Shown: positions 27,081-41,372 of the stretch, in pieces
Numbering within the stretch: the stretch's first letter is position 1
Layout of the letters: each line of letters starts with the position of its first letter
From: Octopus vulgaris
Lineage: Eukaryota
Direction of reading: 5' to 3'
DNA length: 64,000 nt
Assembly: GCA_951406725.2 (NCBI GenBank)
Contig: OX597818.1
Span: 79,360,001-79,424,000 of the forward strand
Made by a program: the position numbers and the translations under genes
The notes under the pieces: generated by a model
Told to the model about the DNA's origin: nothing
Database searches by the model: none
What the model saw: only the letters and a program-made list of their open reading frames with translations

Positions 27081-28179
27081 ATGCACGTGTGTCGTTACAC
27101 AGCTGATAGAATATGTTTTTTTAAGGCAGGCGAGTTCAAAAATGGCCATTATGTGTGTGTGAAGAGAGGTGAAGATACTCGTGTGTGTGTGTGGAGTGTA
27201 TATATGAGCCTTATGTTTGCACAGTCCCCTATTTTCCAGATTGGAATTGGAGGACCCTAAATTTTAATACATATAAGATAACTCACATGGCTACAAAACA
27301 TTCTTCGTGACAACAAGGTTGATGTTACAAAAGTCTGTCTGGCACTCAGAAGATCTGCCCAGGATTACTCTCGAACATCCGATTAAAGGCGGCTTTAGGT
27401 CGGTTGGAATGCCTCACCAAATGATTACAAACTCAGTTTCGTTTTCCTTTTGCTTCACTCATTCTCTATTTGTCATTTGATAGCTTTCTTATACCACACT
27501 ATCTAATTAGCGTGATGGTTAGCACAAAGCGCGTTGTTAATTATTACTTACGAATTAATACGACTAGAGTATCCTATTTATCGCATAGTTTCCGTCCAGC
27601 ATAAAGTAAACACAGGTCAAAAATCTTAAACTTCTTAGGAAATAAACTTGGACTGTTATATCGCAAACAACTTTAGCAAAGTTTGTATTATGATCTTCGT
27701 TTGGCTTTTGAACACAATCTGTCCGGTTCGAACTTTATTTTAAATATCAAAGCTATTCCAGGAAATTAACTGTTAAAATTTTGTTTCAGTATTTGCCTTA
27801 TTGCCTCTTGTATCAATAGTATGATTCTGATAATCAACCATGCATGTTAAAATTCCACTACCGATATCAAAGTTTTCAAGAACTGTCTTTAAAATCTCTT
27901 TTGAAACTACATCGAATTTGACGATTATTGCTATCACATCTTTCAGATTTAGTTGAGGAAGAAAAAGGAAATAAACAACTAAAATGCACCTAACAACATT
28001 AACATCCTCACATTATGCATAGCAACACATAATCCAACTAAACTGAGTTTATGATTATTGCAGTTTAGAAAAACAAAAATAACTTTGAATTTCGATCATC
28101 GTGAATCCGCTATTCAACACCAATTCTAAAACACGCCCTCATCATAGCCTTCTCACATTGCTGTGCGATATGTCTTCTA

Positions 28180-28570
28180 TTATTAACTGTGGCCGGCTAA
28201 GGTTTTGTAAGTAAATTTGGTAGAAACTGTGCAAAAAGTCGTCGGGCATGTGACTGTTTGTGTGTACCTGCGTGTTTGTGTATGTATGTGAGGGTGTATG
28301 CGTGCGTGCGTGCTTGCGCGTGTGTGCGTGTGTGCGAGTGTGTTGTGTTGTGTGTTGCGGTTATGTTTATTTTCCTCACCCAGCGCTCGGCAGCCAATAT
28401 GAGTCTGCTAACGTCCTTGTAACATAGCAGTTCGGTAAAAGTGACCAATAGAATAAGTACCAGACTAAAAATTAGTTCTGGCGTCGATTGTTCTGATTAA
28501 AATCCTTCGAGGCGGTGCCTCAGCATGGCTGCAATCAAATGACTGGAACAAATTAAAGATAAAAGAAAAA
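28180..28570 (+). mobile_element. SINE family B, decayed
   Basis: GGCGGTGCCTCAGCATGGCTGCAATCAAATGACTGGAACAA tail and internal (GT)n. Confidence 0.7.
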
Positions 28571-28634
28571 TATCAGATTTTCAGCATCATTTCTTAAAAG
28601 GTACATTTAAGAAATGTGAAAGTACGTGAACCCT

Positions 28635-28860
28635 CGGTGAGACTGTTGTACTCACGATCGTAAGATCCCAGTTTCGATTCCTGGACCTGGTGGTGCGTAG
28701 ACCTCTTGAGTAAAGCATTTCATTTCACGTTGCTCTAGTTCGTTCAGCTGTAAATGGGCAACCTGCGACGGATTGACGACCCCTTCATAAGTAAAGTGAT
28801 TTCGGTCACTTATACGCCATGGAAACCGAGTAATCGGTTACTGAGTCCTGGGGCTCAAAC
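28635..28860 (+). mobile_element. Old tRNA-SINE of a third family (V-domain-like)
   Basis: B-box-like GTTTCGATTCC, GGGCAACCTGCGACGGATTGACGACCCC, and TATACGCCATGGAAACCG; a related remnant lies at ~54680-54825. Confidence 0.5.
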
Positions 28861-28915
28861 AAAACACACACATATATTAAAGATATACTCCCGTTACAAA
28901 ATATACTCTTCTCAC

Positions 28916-28995
<80 letters not shown>

Positions 28996-28996
28996 C

Positions 28997-29040
<44 letters not shown>

Positions 29041-30131
29041 ATATGTATATATCTATCTATTAATCTATCTATCTATCTATCTATTTATTTATCTATCTGT
29101 CTATTTATATGTCTGTCTGTTCTCGAGTAAAAAAATTTGCCTTTTGCTCTTAGTGTGTTTGATCATAAGTAGATTGGAATAAGAAGCAATGAATGCTATA
29201 TTGCAAAGTGATGTCAAGAACTGCAGAAATCGCCAACTAAATACTTTCATTTTGCACAATCTTTAAGAAATACATGATATTGCACAGCGATGTGAGAAGG
29301 CTATGGTGTTGAATAGAATTGGTGTTGAATAGCGGATTCACGATGATCGAAATTCAAACTTTTGAAAACATCAAACTTTATCGATAATTTGACTGACACA
29401 CGGAACAAAAATCCGAAGTTTCCTCTCTGTCTTCGCATCTATGGTTGCTTTTGACGAACAAAGTCTGCGTTACTAAATTACTTTATGCAATGAAAAATCT
29501 GTGAAGTATAACATTTCAATAGAAATTGAGGTTGAATTTCTTTGTCAATGATTGTCCTATTTTCGAGATAGGACAGTCATTGAGAAATATTTCTATAGTT
29601 ATTTTACTATTTTGAGAATAATTCAAACCTAATGTAATTTTTCAGCCCGCGGATCATCTAATAAAATTATATTTTTGGATTATTTATCGAACTTCATCAA
29701 ACATATACTGTGACGCAAAATAGAGCTTTGTATAGGCTGTTATGTTTTCCTGTAAATATGTGTATATGTGTGTGTTGTATGTGTGTATATGTGTGTGTAT
29801 GCGTGTGTCTGTGTCTGTGTGTATGTATATACCTTTTTTGGAATATTGGATCTCAAAGCAAACAAGAGCGTGTAATTATTGGGTTAAAATGCTCTTTGGA
29901 AAGATAAGATGGTTGCATTTAGAAGAGGTGTCTAAGTGCAACCATCAACTTTTTCTATCCAAAGTGATTTTAACCCAATATCTACACGCTAATATCTATT
30001 ATAACTTTATTTGTTTCAAGATACACTACGTTAAGCATTACTCGTTGCATAAGTATTATATCACGAGTTTCAGCTAGCTAAGAAACATATGTAGCGTGCA
30101 TTTTACCTGTTCCACGTTCTCAATTCGGATA

Positions 30132-30541
30132 CTCTTTTACTTGTTTCAGTCATTTGACTGGGGCCATGCTGGAGCACCTTCTTTAGTTGAGCAAATCGAC
30201 CCCATCACTTATTCTTTGTAAGCCTAGTACTTATTATATCGGTCCCTTTTGCCAAACCGCTAAGTTACGGGGACGTAAACACACCAGCATCGGTTGTCAA
30301 GCGATGTTGGGGGGACAAACACAGACACACAAACATATGCACTACATACACACACATACATATATATATACATATATACGACGGGCTTCTTTCAGTTTCC
30401 GTCTACCAAATCCACTCACAAGGCTTTGGTCGGCCTGTGGCTATAGTAGAAGATACTTGCCGAAGGTGCCACGCAGTGGGACTGAACACGGAACCATGTG
30501 GTTGGTAAGCAAGCTACTTACCACACAGCCACTCCTACACC
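30132..30541 (-). mobile_element. SINE family B, near full length
   Basis: Matches 12835-13266. Confidence 0.9.
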
Positions 30542-30548
30542 TATGGCG

Positions 30549-30581
<33 letters not shown>

Positions 30582-31742
30582 ATACACACATACATACACA
30601 CATACATACATACATACATACATATGTATATAAAGTGGACCTAGTTCGGGGAAGCATAGTATGGTACTACTTTAAAGAGATTTGTTGCGTAAGGTCGGAA
30701 CAATGCGAGAAGGTACAAAGTAAACTTCAAAGAGAAAAGTAAACAAAACAAAGTTACCGTCTTACCTTGTATTTATATATTTCATGGCTGTAACCACTTC
30801 TTCAGGACATTCTGAAAAGTGAAGGATGGAAAAGTTATCGCTCATATATGTGGGAGAGTAAGAAGGAAAGAGGAGGAAAGCGGAAGGAGAAGGAAGGAAG
30901 AAGGTGACATGCGTTCTTCCTGGCCTGTCCAGAATAAAGTGTGATGTAAACCAGAAGATCCTTCAGCTTGCAAATATTTTTGCCGACAATACTGGTCCCC
31001 TACAAAGGAAGCTGTTCTATATGAAGAATAAAACATTGTTTGTTTCCACAACTTTTTCTAAAGCTTTCCTGAAATAGGTAAGCAGTTTTGTCCTTTGTAT
31101 AAAGCGGTCCAATCACACAAGGTACTGTCAAATATCTCCATAGTTTCGCTATAGTCTGAAAAGAAGGAACCAACGACCCAAGCCGCTTAGCTGTAGGTTC
31201 CCCCTTTACACACACCCAATAGGTCAACCCTAGATATTCAACTACTCACCAGTGCCGCAGAGAACTGTGCCAGCTCTATAATGTGGTTTTTAAGACGTAC
31301 CTATGAAACTTACTACGTTGAGAGATGTTTGTACAGAGCTGCATTCACTTTTCATATAGAACAGCTTCCTTTGTGGGGGACTAGTATTTTCGGGAAAATG
31401 GCTGCAAGCTGAAGGATCTTCTGGGTTACTTCACACTAAACTTCTAGATATGTATTCTAACGAACAAGAACTGCAAATCCATCACTGTTAGGTAATTTTG
31501 CAGGGCACTCTCTCATCATGGCGATTATCCCTATGTTATGATGCCAAATACTAAAACGAAATATTCCAATGTACAGTTATTGATGATACGTTGGGTTCTT
31601 TTGTCCTTAGAAACATTTCTCACAATGTGAGGGAGTCAATTTCCTCGTCTATAACGCAAATATGCAACATGTATAGCAGTGCATGTTAGAAATAGCACCC
31701 GAGAGCGAGCACGCCGGTTTATACAAGCGTACATACATGCAA

Positions 31743-31797
<55 letters not shown>

Positions 31798-31814
31798 TAT
31801 ATATATGCACGTAC

Positions 31815-31881
<67 letters not shown>

Positions 31882-33564
31882 GATATATATATATATGTGT
31901 ATTTATATACATATATACATATATACACACATATATATACATATATACATACATACACACACAGAGATATACAGACACACACGCGTGCACACACACACAC
32001 ACACATGTATGTATATATATAAGCAAGGTTAAATATAGTTATTAAATGTATGCATAAACATTTGGCTATAATCTTACATGTTTGCATGTCTCGGTGTGTC
32101 ATTGTGTATGTGTGCGTTTGTGTGTGTGCGCGCACGTGCATGTATATGCGTTTATGTGTGTGATTTTGCGCATGTGTGCGTATGTGTATGTATGTATGTG
32201 TATGCGCGCGTGTGTTACATATTTCTGTACACGTATATACATATATATCTTAATGTTGAGCTAATGTAACACTACATGGCTTAATTCAGCAGAATCTGTC
32301 TGGCAGACGGTTACAACACCCCTGTGTACAATTTTTAGTAGATTCTCGAAAAACATCAATCGAAAATGGTTTCCTTTTATTTTTTTATTTTTACTAGTTA
32401 TTTTCAAGTTGAAAGAACAATGACGTATGAAATCGATATTATTAAATGTCGAGTGAAGGGCGGTATTTTGAAGCAAATTTAGTAACTGTGTTAAGTGCCA
32501 TGCATTATTTAGTCCTGCGTTCTAACCTCCAATGGGACTGGTTTTGTCTTTCATCCCCTAAAGTTCGTTAAAATAAATAACTGAAGCCGACTCTGTTTGG
32601 ACGCGATTTAATCGTCTCTGTACATTTTCTATAAACCTGTTGTGCTAATTGCTGATACCAGTGTTGTAAGGTTATGAGAGATGAGAGGTGAGCGAGAAGA
32701 ACATGGAGCAGGATACCAGCTAATTTCTTCTGATACATGGTTTCAATTTACTCTAAGTTGTATCATCAACTAGGATCGGCTGCTTGATTGGCTCGAAGGC
32801 TCTCAACATTACTCTCCAACCCCTGATCCTATCTGCGGTCTATCCTCATTCGCGTATTGTATTACTACTACAGTAACCTCTTTTACTACTGTAACTTCGT
32901 TTTCTACTGTAACCACTGTTAGTACTGTAACTTCTGTCACAGTAGTAGTAATACAACATCAGTAGTACTATAGTAGCTCCTGGAACTAACTGAACTCGTG
33001 CTCCATCCACTCAGGGCCATGCAATTCACACGCCTCTCTTCCTCTACTCACCCGTATTTTATCTTCACACATACACCTTGGTCCATACTAAAAATTTCCC
33101 AAGCCTCTCTTCTCTGAAATTCAGTTATTTTCAAGTCCCTATCATGACCATGTATTTATCTTGAAGTTGTTACATTGCAATCGTTCAAGAAAAACTTTAA
33201 CGCTATCGATCACGCTGGTTTAGGGCGACCTGAGAACCTGGATACACAATCTATTCTTGTGATGGTTATCTGCGAAAATATGGACACCCGTGGAGATGTC
33301 TTTGACAAATTGTGATATAACCTATTCTTATGGACTCTTACCAAACTGTTAGACAGAAAACAGCAGACATACGAGCATTTAAACTGCCCCTGAAATTTTT
33401 CTATACATTACAAAATATATGTGGCCTTATATTACAAAATATATGTGAAGAAAATATAAGTGATTTTCTGGGAATAAAAATTTACTCGAAGTATTTGTTC
33501 TGGGTCTTCGTGCTTTAAATTCAAATCCTGCAGGAGTTAACTTTGTCTTTCATTCTTTCGGGAT

Positions 33565-34296
33565 CCATTGCCTTAGCTCTTCAATATAAATTGAGCAGGC
33601 CTTATGAGGAGCCCACTTCTTATCCGAATCTCCTAATTTCAGACCAAAGTAGACATAAGATATTTTGACAAATTTGGTAAAGTCTCGCTGACGTTTCTTA
33701 GTCATAAACTCGCCATAAATGTAATAATAGTTATCCGCGTTTGCTGCACATCTTCTAGAAGACCTTATTGCTTCAAATGGTTCGGAGGTCAGTAAAGAAA
33801 GAGGAAGGGGGCAATTTTTTAACAGCATATATGATATCATTAAAGTATACATAATATCATTAAAGAAGCATTGAGATGTGACTTGTCATACATGTACCTT
33901 CAAAAAAAGGCATGAGAAAATACCTGAAATAAAAAAGCGATACTTTTTAACCTAAGCAATGTAAGCTTGTAAAGTGCCTCTTTTTCTCCTCACTGTTTGT
34001 GGATGGCTGAAGCGACAGTGATGAAGGCACTTCTCTGTATAGCTGAAGCTATTCAAATGCTGCCAGATGCTTATTTTTCAAAATTACACATTTAGTTATG
34101 CTGTTAAAGTCTATTTAAGTATGGCAATTAATTGTAATAATAAAGCACAGTAGTCAAATTCGGGTATAGTATCGATCTTGCGAAGAAATTGTACGTGATA
34201 GGATATCATAGTAATTTTTTAAATGAGTTGGTAAAAATTGATCAAATACACCCAATGAATGTGGAACACTTTTTGGTCGGTCGCAAAACTGTGTAG
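33565..34296 (-). mobile_element. DNA transposon 5' remnant (transposase N-terminus of the CxNxxDxFCYICGE...GDQDKxWAPH type; superfamily uncertain)
   Basis: SRRCAANADNYYYIYGEF...YFGLKLGDSDKKWAPHKAC..EELRQW in ORF 33550-33852. Confidence 0.7.
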
Positions 34297-34308
34297 TCAA
34301 GAAAGATT

Positions 34309-34366
<58 letters not shown>

Positions 34367-34810
34367 CAGAGAGAGCAGAGACACCAGATATCAACTCGTT
34401 TTGTCTGTAAATTTCCAAACAGTAAGTTCAAACAATAAGTGCGTGAATCTGAGAGGGGAATGTGTTGAATAAAATTATAATTAACTGATCCTCCTGTATT
34501 TTCTGTAATCCAAGGTCAGAAACCTTTCAGTACTCCTTCATGTGTAGTATATTTATCATTAACCGGTATGCTTGTCATGAATACAGATTTGTCATAATAC
34601 CGGTACTTTACAAATAGACTTGGTATATTTAATATAAATCGATTTCTGTATAAATAACTGTTATATCTTTTCTGTTTGTCATGAGCTAATGTCCCTATGT
34701 ATTAAGGAATATTTACCAAATTTGAGAGTAAGATCCAGATGCAATCCAAACTAATCGATGGATAAAACAGCACAGCTCCGATATACAAGCACTGGTATTA
34801 AGCGTTATAA

Positions 34811-35041
34811 GGCGGCGAGCTGGCAGAAACGTTAGCACGCTGGGCGAAATGCTTAGCGGTATTTCGTCTGTCGCTACGTTCCGAGTTCAAATTCCGCCGA
34901 GGTCGACTTTACCTTTCATCATTTCGGGGTCGATAAATTAAGTACCAGTTACGCACTGGAGTCGATGTAATCGACTTAATACCTATGTCTGTCCTTGTTT
35001 GTCCCCTCTGTGTCTAGCCCCTTGTGGGTAATAAAGAAATA
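34811..35041 (+). mobile_element. SINE family A, young full-length copy with TSD
   Basis: GGTATTAAGCGTT at 34794-34806 and 35042-35054. Confidence 0.92.
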
Positions 35042-35489
35042 GGTATTAAGCGTTGATTAATGAAGAAGGTAAACGTAGTGAAACAGAAGAGAATTGTATA
35101 TAAATAGTAGTAGCACATCCTCAGGAGAACAAAATCACAGAACGTGAACCCACATTTCTTGCACTGCTATTAAAACTGATTAAATATTATTCTTTTATGT
35201 AATTTCTTTCCGCGTATGTATCAATATGTATGTAGATTCCTGTGTGTGCCTATGTGTGTGTGTGTTTGTGTGTGTATATTTGTCATCGTACGTATGCATA
35301 TCTGTGAAATTCCGTATCACCTCACACTCGTATGAATAGAATCGATTTTATTCCATCGTTTTCAAGAAAAAGCACACAGAGGAAAATTGTAACTTCATGT
35401 TTACAATAGCTATACTTCTATACAACCGCGCTTTCTGTTTTTCCCTCTCCTCTTTGTGTGTGTGTATATATATATATTGTAGGTGTATG

Positions 35490-35524
<35 letters not shown>

Positions 35525-35597
35525 GTATGTACGTATGCATGCATGTATGCATGTATGTATGTATGTATGTATGTATGTATGTATGTATGTATGTATG

Positions 35598-35628
<31 letters not shown>

Positions 35629-35809
35629 GTATGTATGTACAATATTGTGTGAGGGAGACAAGGATATGAAGAGAGAGAGTTAGACAGAGGCTGTATGTAC
35701 ATCTGAGTGAATGGGTGTACACTTTAACATTTTTTGTTGCGCTAAGATGAATGAAGCTGTTTGTACGTTTACATATTCAATGTAATGAATCATATGTGCA
35801 TTATGTGTT

Positions 35810-35885
<76 letters not shown>

Positions 35886-36148
35886 CGTGCGTTCATTTGT
35901 GATCATATTGATGCGATAGCTAGAGAGTATGAAACTGCAATATATGTTAGAAAAAGAATATGCGCTTGGGCGTGTGGGTATTTATAAACGTTGTCAATAG
36001 AGTGCGTATGCATATCTAACGGTTGTAGTTCTGTCTTCATCGATATTCACGACGTCATGGTTATCGTTATTAGGAATATCACTTTTAAAAAAACCTAATA
36101 TTATGCATACCCGCATAAATACATACATATATACATATATATGTATTT

Positions 36149-36189
<41 letters not shown>

Positions 36190-38865
36190 GATTCATACAC
36201 ATATTATGTATGTATATATACACACTCACATATATATGATACACTATGTATATATTTATACGTATCTATGTTTGTATCTCTCTTATATATATATATGTGT
36301 GTATGTATATATATATATATATATATATATGATGTATGTATGTATGTATGTATGTATGTATGCATGTAAATTTATACTTACATATATATACATTTATGAA
36401 CATATATCTGCACGTACATAAGTGCATGTGTTATAATGTATGTGTGTGCACGCGCGTGCGTGTGTGCGTGTGTGTGTGTACGTATGTATATATGTAAGTA
36501 TGTATATATGTAAGTATGTATGTATGTATGTATGTATGTATGTATGTATGTATGTATGTATGTATGTATGTATGTATGTATGTATGTATGTATGTATGCA
36601 TGCATGTACGTATGCCAATTAATGTTACCATAGAGTTGGCGTTAGCTGAAACGATTGAACAAGAAAAACGAAAAATACTTCCTAGAAAATATTGATAGCT
36701 AATCTGATATTCAATGAGGTTACCAAAGTTAGAAATACTAGGAATAATGACAGCCGATAAGAAACTTTCAATGTAACTCAGGTGTGTACTGCCGACGATC
36801 GGATTCTGTATGTATAATATATAGAAGTATTGTTGTCGAGATTTTCGTACATATATATATGTATTGGATGTGAAACATTGGAGTTCCAAACTCTGCTTTA
36901 TTGTGTCTTTCATGTTTATGGCTTATTATTCTTTTGTTTGTATATTATCTGAATTGATTTACCATTTGTAGGAAATAATGGTGTCGTTGCAGCCATTTCG
37001 ACTCTGTGCCAATTCCCAGATTCTGAAGTTGCCCAGGAAACGATGAATAGATGAATGATTGAAAGAATATAAGAAATGTAAAGTGTTACAACAACGTTAC
37101 TAGCTAGTAATATCAGAGAATTAATCTGCCTTAAATCATCTATTTCTTCCTTTAAAAAAAAGGACACAATGAGTGATGTAGTCCGAGATACAATATGTCG
37201 ATGAAAGTAAAACAGACGGGATGGTTACTGTTTCAAGTCCTTTGATTAAATATTTACTCAATCAGAGCCACCTTGGAGCTAAACAACAACGTAACTACAA
37301 TAATAGCTAAATAATAGTTTTATCTTTTCAGGTTGATCTGTCAAACACATACTCTCTCCCTCCCTCCCTCTCTTTCACTCTCTTTCTTTTTTCTTTCTTT
37401 CTTCCTGTCTCTTGCATGAGTGATACAATAGTCAGCACTCCTCCAAATAATAACTTATTTTTACAAACATAAAACTAAATAGAAAAGGAATACAAACGTA
37501 ACATCCTTTTTACGTAAAGTTTCCATATACTTCAATCCTTTTATCTATAGGGAAGCATCTACATATTGTTTATATTGGTTTTCGATACCATTTTTGCATT
37601 CATCTTGTATTTGCTGTTATTGGTGCTGTTGCTTATATTTTTTGCTGTCAGTTCTAAGCCCATGTTTCAGCCTTTATCCAGTAATACTATAATCAAAGGA
37701 AATTCAAATATGACCATCCCATCTGTCATAAATACATTCAAACATTGTATATGTTATGCTATGTATTTTTTCTTTCTGTTTCACATGGTGAGTTACGAGG
37801 AAGACCAGTAACTTAGATTACTTTAATGTTCTTTTGAATGTACTTCTGGTCAATACCGACAGGAATAAGGAACAGGAAGATGATTCCAGAAGACGGATGT
37901 TTCAGAGGATAACGGACAACTTAATTAGAGTAAGAATTGGTTAGCATAGTGGTCATTGTGGGGCTGGGTATGTTCGCATCTAGGATGATAGCAAGTGGAG
38001 AGACAAATGGCCTGGCGCATCTAAGTAATGGACATATGATACCAGCCAGATCGGAGGAACAGCAACCATTATAGTAGCAACAGAAGAAACAGAGAGATGG
38101 AAAAACGCCTTTGGGCCAAATGTTGGAATACGTGTCATCGTAAAGATGATAAGTTGAGATTTGAGTAGAATATGGTTGCGATTTTTGCTGGTCGAGTAAC
38201 CACTTAGAGATACTCACATCGGCTTGTTTGATCATGATGTTTTATTAGTAGAAGTAGTTTTATTTATCTTGTATATCTGTATTCTGTGTATCTTTACTCA
38301 TTAATTTACATCTATTTTGTGGTTTTGTTAATGGAATTGTATAGTTTGTATGAAGCTTTTAACTACTTGAAATATCAATTGCAATGTTTCGTTATCCGAT
38401 GCCCTTCCAGTGTAGATCGTCTAGACGGAATTTTCTAGCATCATCGATTCTTACAGAATTGCATGTTTAACGCCGTGGTTTACTGACTGAACCTCTCAAC
38501 CTTCTTGCAAACAATAGATGAAATTTCACGTCATTCCTGTTGAAAAGTAATGGGACACTCATTAAATTTATAGTGCAACTACAGCAAACATCAATGAAGT
38601 CTACGTCTACTCTCTTCAGTGGTATTGCATACTTACAATAGTAATCATGTAATGAATGGTTGCTGTCAAGATATGAACATTTCGGGTTAAGATACCAAGT
38701 ATTGATTCATAGTTTATAGACCAGTATCCCTCTGAGTCAGTCACATGCACTCTGTAGTATATATATTATAAAAATATATTACCAAGATGTGAAAATGTGT
38801 TTTCTTCGTTCCTTGTTTCTACCATTTTGAGTGGATATTGACGCGCGCACATATCTATTCGTACA

Positions 38866-38933
<68 letters not shown>

Positions 38934-39004
38934 CTCTAAGTAATGTTGGCAAATTGAATTGGTATAAAAAATGAATATTGTCAATTTAATTAAAAGATTC
39001 CATA

Positions 39005-39093
39005 TGTGGCTGAAGATTGCTCTTCATTTTAAAACTGGTGTAATACTTACATTGTTTAATTAAATGAAGTAGCATGAAACGATTGTACTACAC
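39005..39093 (+). ncRNA. Minimal type I hammerhead ribozyme motif within a ~290-bp element in (TA)n (38932-39225)
   Basis: TGTGG-CTGAAGA-TTGCTCTTCATTT...AAATGAAGTAGCAT-GAAAC-GATT-GTA-CTACA. Confidence 0.7.
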
Positions 39094-39228
39094 TACCTTT
39101 GGATATCATTGTTGCTTATTTTGATTATAATCACTCCATTTGATTTATATGGATAATACCATACCAAATCCTGATGCCTTTAACTTAAGTACCATATTCA
39201 TCTGAATCTAAATTTTGCTGAACTTATA

Positions 39229-39286
<58 letters not shown>

Positions 39287-39287
<1 letters not shown>

Positions 39288-39588
39288 TGTTGTGTCTGGG
39301 GAAAGTCATTTTCTTTTAGTGCCTTATTATTTAACACACTCACCGATAAAGTTTCCACTTGTTTATTTATTTTTCCTAAAATTTTCGTTGCGTCTTGTTT
39401 TCCTTCAATCATTGTTGCAAGACGCAACGAACATTTTAGGGAAAATAAGTAACTGAGTGGAAACTAAACCGGTGAGTGTATTAAATAACAAGGCACTAAA
39501 AGAGAATGACTCTCCCCAGACACAACAGAATATGCTTCAACACACGAACCCACATAAAGAACCTTGCAAACTATATCCAAAAACGAAG
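39287..39588. mobile_element. Fold-back element in (TA)n with a ~240-bp hairpin (39287-39528)
   Basis: Arms of ~110 bp are reverse complements; same family as 25512. Confidence 0.85.
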
Positions 39589-39674
<86 letters not shown>

Positions 39675-39682
<8 letters not shown>

Positions 39683-40505
39683 AGGAAGATGCACACATTT
39701 TTCATATACTTTTTAATATAATTTATAACTGAAAGAGTATTGTTTGTCGACCGGTTTCGCTTTCGCAAATTATGACATTGAAATTATTGGAATTTCGCAT
39801 TTTCTTAAGAAGATTTTAGTCCATGTTGTGTATGGAAGCTTGTAAATGAAATGAATCAACAAGTAGAAAAGTCTAACGAGAGATAATTAGTGATTGTTAT
39901 TGTTTGGGATAAGGGCGGTAATTACTCATTGGGGGGGGGATAAATATACAAAAACTCATAATGCTAAAGTAGTGAGATGAAATATTTACAGTGATGTGTA
40001 TGTGAATATGAATGAAAATATATACTGAGATCAAAAATGGTTTTGCGTTCATATTTAGGTGTGCTCTGTATTTTTCGATAAATAAATTTTCTTTATTTAA
40101 ACGTTCTTCTACAGAAATTCTTTCTTTGCATTATTAGATGGGGAAAACTGAAGTTTAGCTCGATATTACCGGCACATCTCTATGTGTTCACTCAAAGTAA
40201 TCTCTCTATACTGTGGTAAACGGATCTGTTCCTTATCTAGAGTGCTTCTCCATCTAAGTGCCATATTTGCCTGTCCTATACAGTTATGTCCACATCCTGA
40301 ACAAGTTATCACAAATGTGGACGTCATAACTGTGGAGCATGCTCTAACCTGCAGGAAGGCTCGGAATTCCTATTCAAACAAGGAGATAGGTTCACAATGA
40401 AGACCAGTTTCACTCGTACCTCTGAGAATGATATTTATGCGATAAAAAATATATTTAAAAATATCTTAAAACTGTGTGCATTTTTATTTTATTTTATATA
40501 TATTT
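39675..40505 (-). mobile_element. Penelope-like element 3' remnant: GIY-YIG endonuclease, pLTR and short inverted pLTR copy
   Basis: Minus strand VITCSGCGHNCIGQ...QIRLPQYREITLSEHIEMC...RLNKENLFIEKY..LN; GAAACCGGTC at 39749-39758; 40445-40500 is an inverted copy of 39675-39725. Confidence 0.75.
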
Positions 40506-40737
40506 TTTCCCACTACAACACACCACATGGGGTTAGCCGAAATTCTCCTCCTCCCTTTTTCTTACTATATATTTTTAATTTCCAAAAATAGTTAAGAGGG
40601 ATATATAATCCTAGCGGTACCGTGCTAGCTCTAATCAGCTAAGATTGCTGACTAACCTCAGTAAATGTAGATGAAATCCAGTTATTTAAATTTACTATAC
40701 CCGGTTGAGCCTCACTGTTATCGGTTATATATATATA

Positions 40738-41023
40738 AGCGAAGGTGTGGCTATGTAGTAAGTAGCTTGCTTACCAACCACATGGTTCCAGGTTCAGTCC
40801 CACAGCGTGGCACCTTGGGTAAGTATCTTCTACTCTAGCCTCGGGCCGACCAATAACTTGTGAGTGGATTTCGTAGACGGAAACGGAAAGAAGCCTGTTG
40901 TATGTGTGTATGTGTGTGTGTGTGAATATGTTTATGTGTCTGTATTTGTTCCCCCACCATCGCTTGACAACTGATGTTGGTGTGCTTACTCGACGTCCCT
41001 AACGGTTCGGCAAAGTAGACCAC
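40738..41023 (+). mobile_element. SINE family B, 3'-truncated
   Basis: GTGTGGCTATGTAGTAAGTAGCTTGCTTACCAACCACATGGTTCCAGGTTCAGTCCC head. Confidence 0.88.
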
Positions 41024-41190
41024 TCGGCACTTTGTAAATCATTATCATCTTGTTTACGTCTGCTGGACATCGAATCATTTTAAGGCTGATTATCTCCTTT
41101 GCTATCTTCTTCTTCTTCTTCTTCTTCTTCTTCTTCTTCTTCTTCTTCTTCTTCTTCTTCTTCTTCTTCTTCTTCTTCTTCTTCTTCTAC

Positions 41191-41233
<43 letters not shown>

Positions 41234-41316
41234 TCCTTTTCCTCTTCTTCTTCTTCTTCTTCTTCTTCTTCTTCTTCTTCTTCTTCTTCGTCGTCTTCTT
41301 CTTCTTCTTCTTCTTC

Positions 41317-41372
<56 letters not shown>

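Noticed and set aside
30767-30812. Apparent 47-nt minus-strand exon (TTTTCAG...GTAAGA)
   Set aside because: Overlaps a hammerhead-like, PLE-terminal-type sequence and has no partner exons; cannot be supported as a host exon
32860-33340. TACTGTAAC repeats and a possible APE-endonuclease remnant (PGYTIYSCD)
   Set aside because: Too decayed to call; probably an old LINE 5' fragment
34811-34900. tRNA-like A/B boxes, also in the other SINE heads
   Set aside because: They are SINE heads continuing into SINE body and tail; no complete cloverleaf
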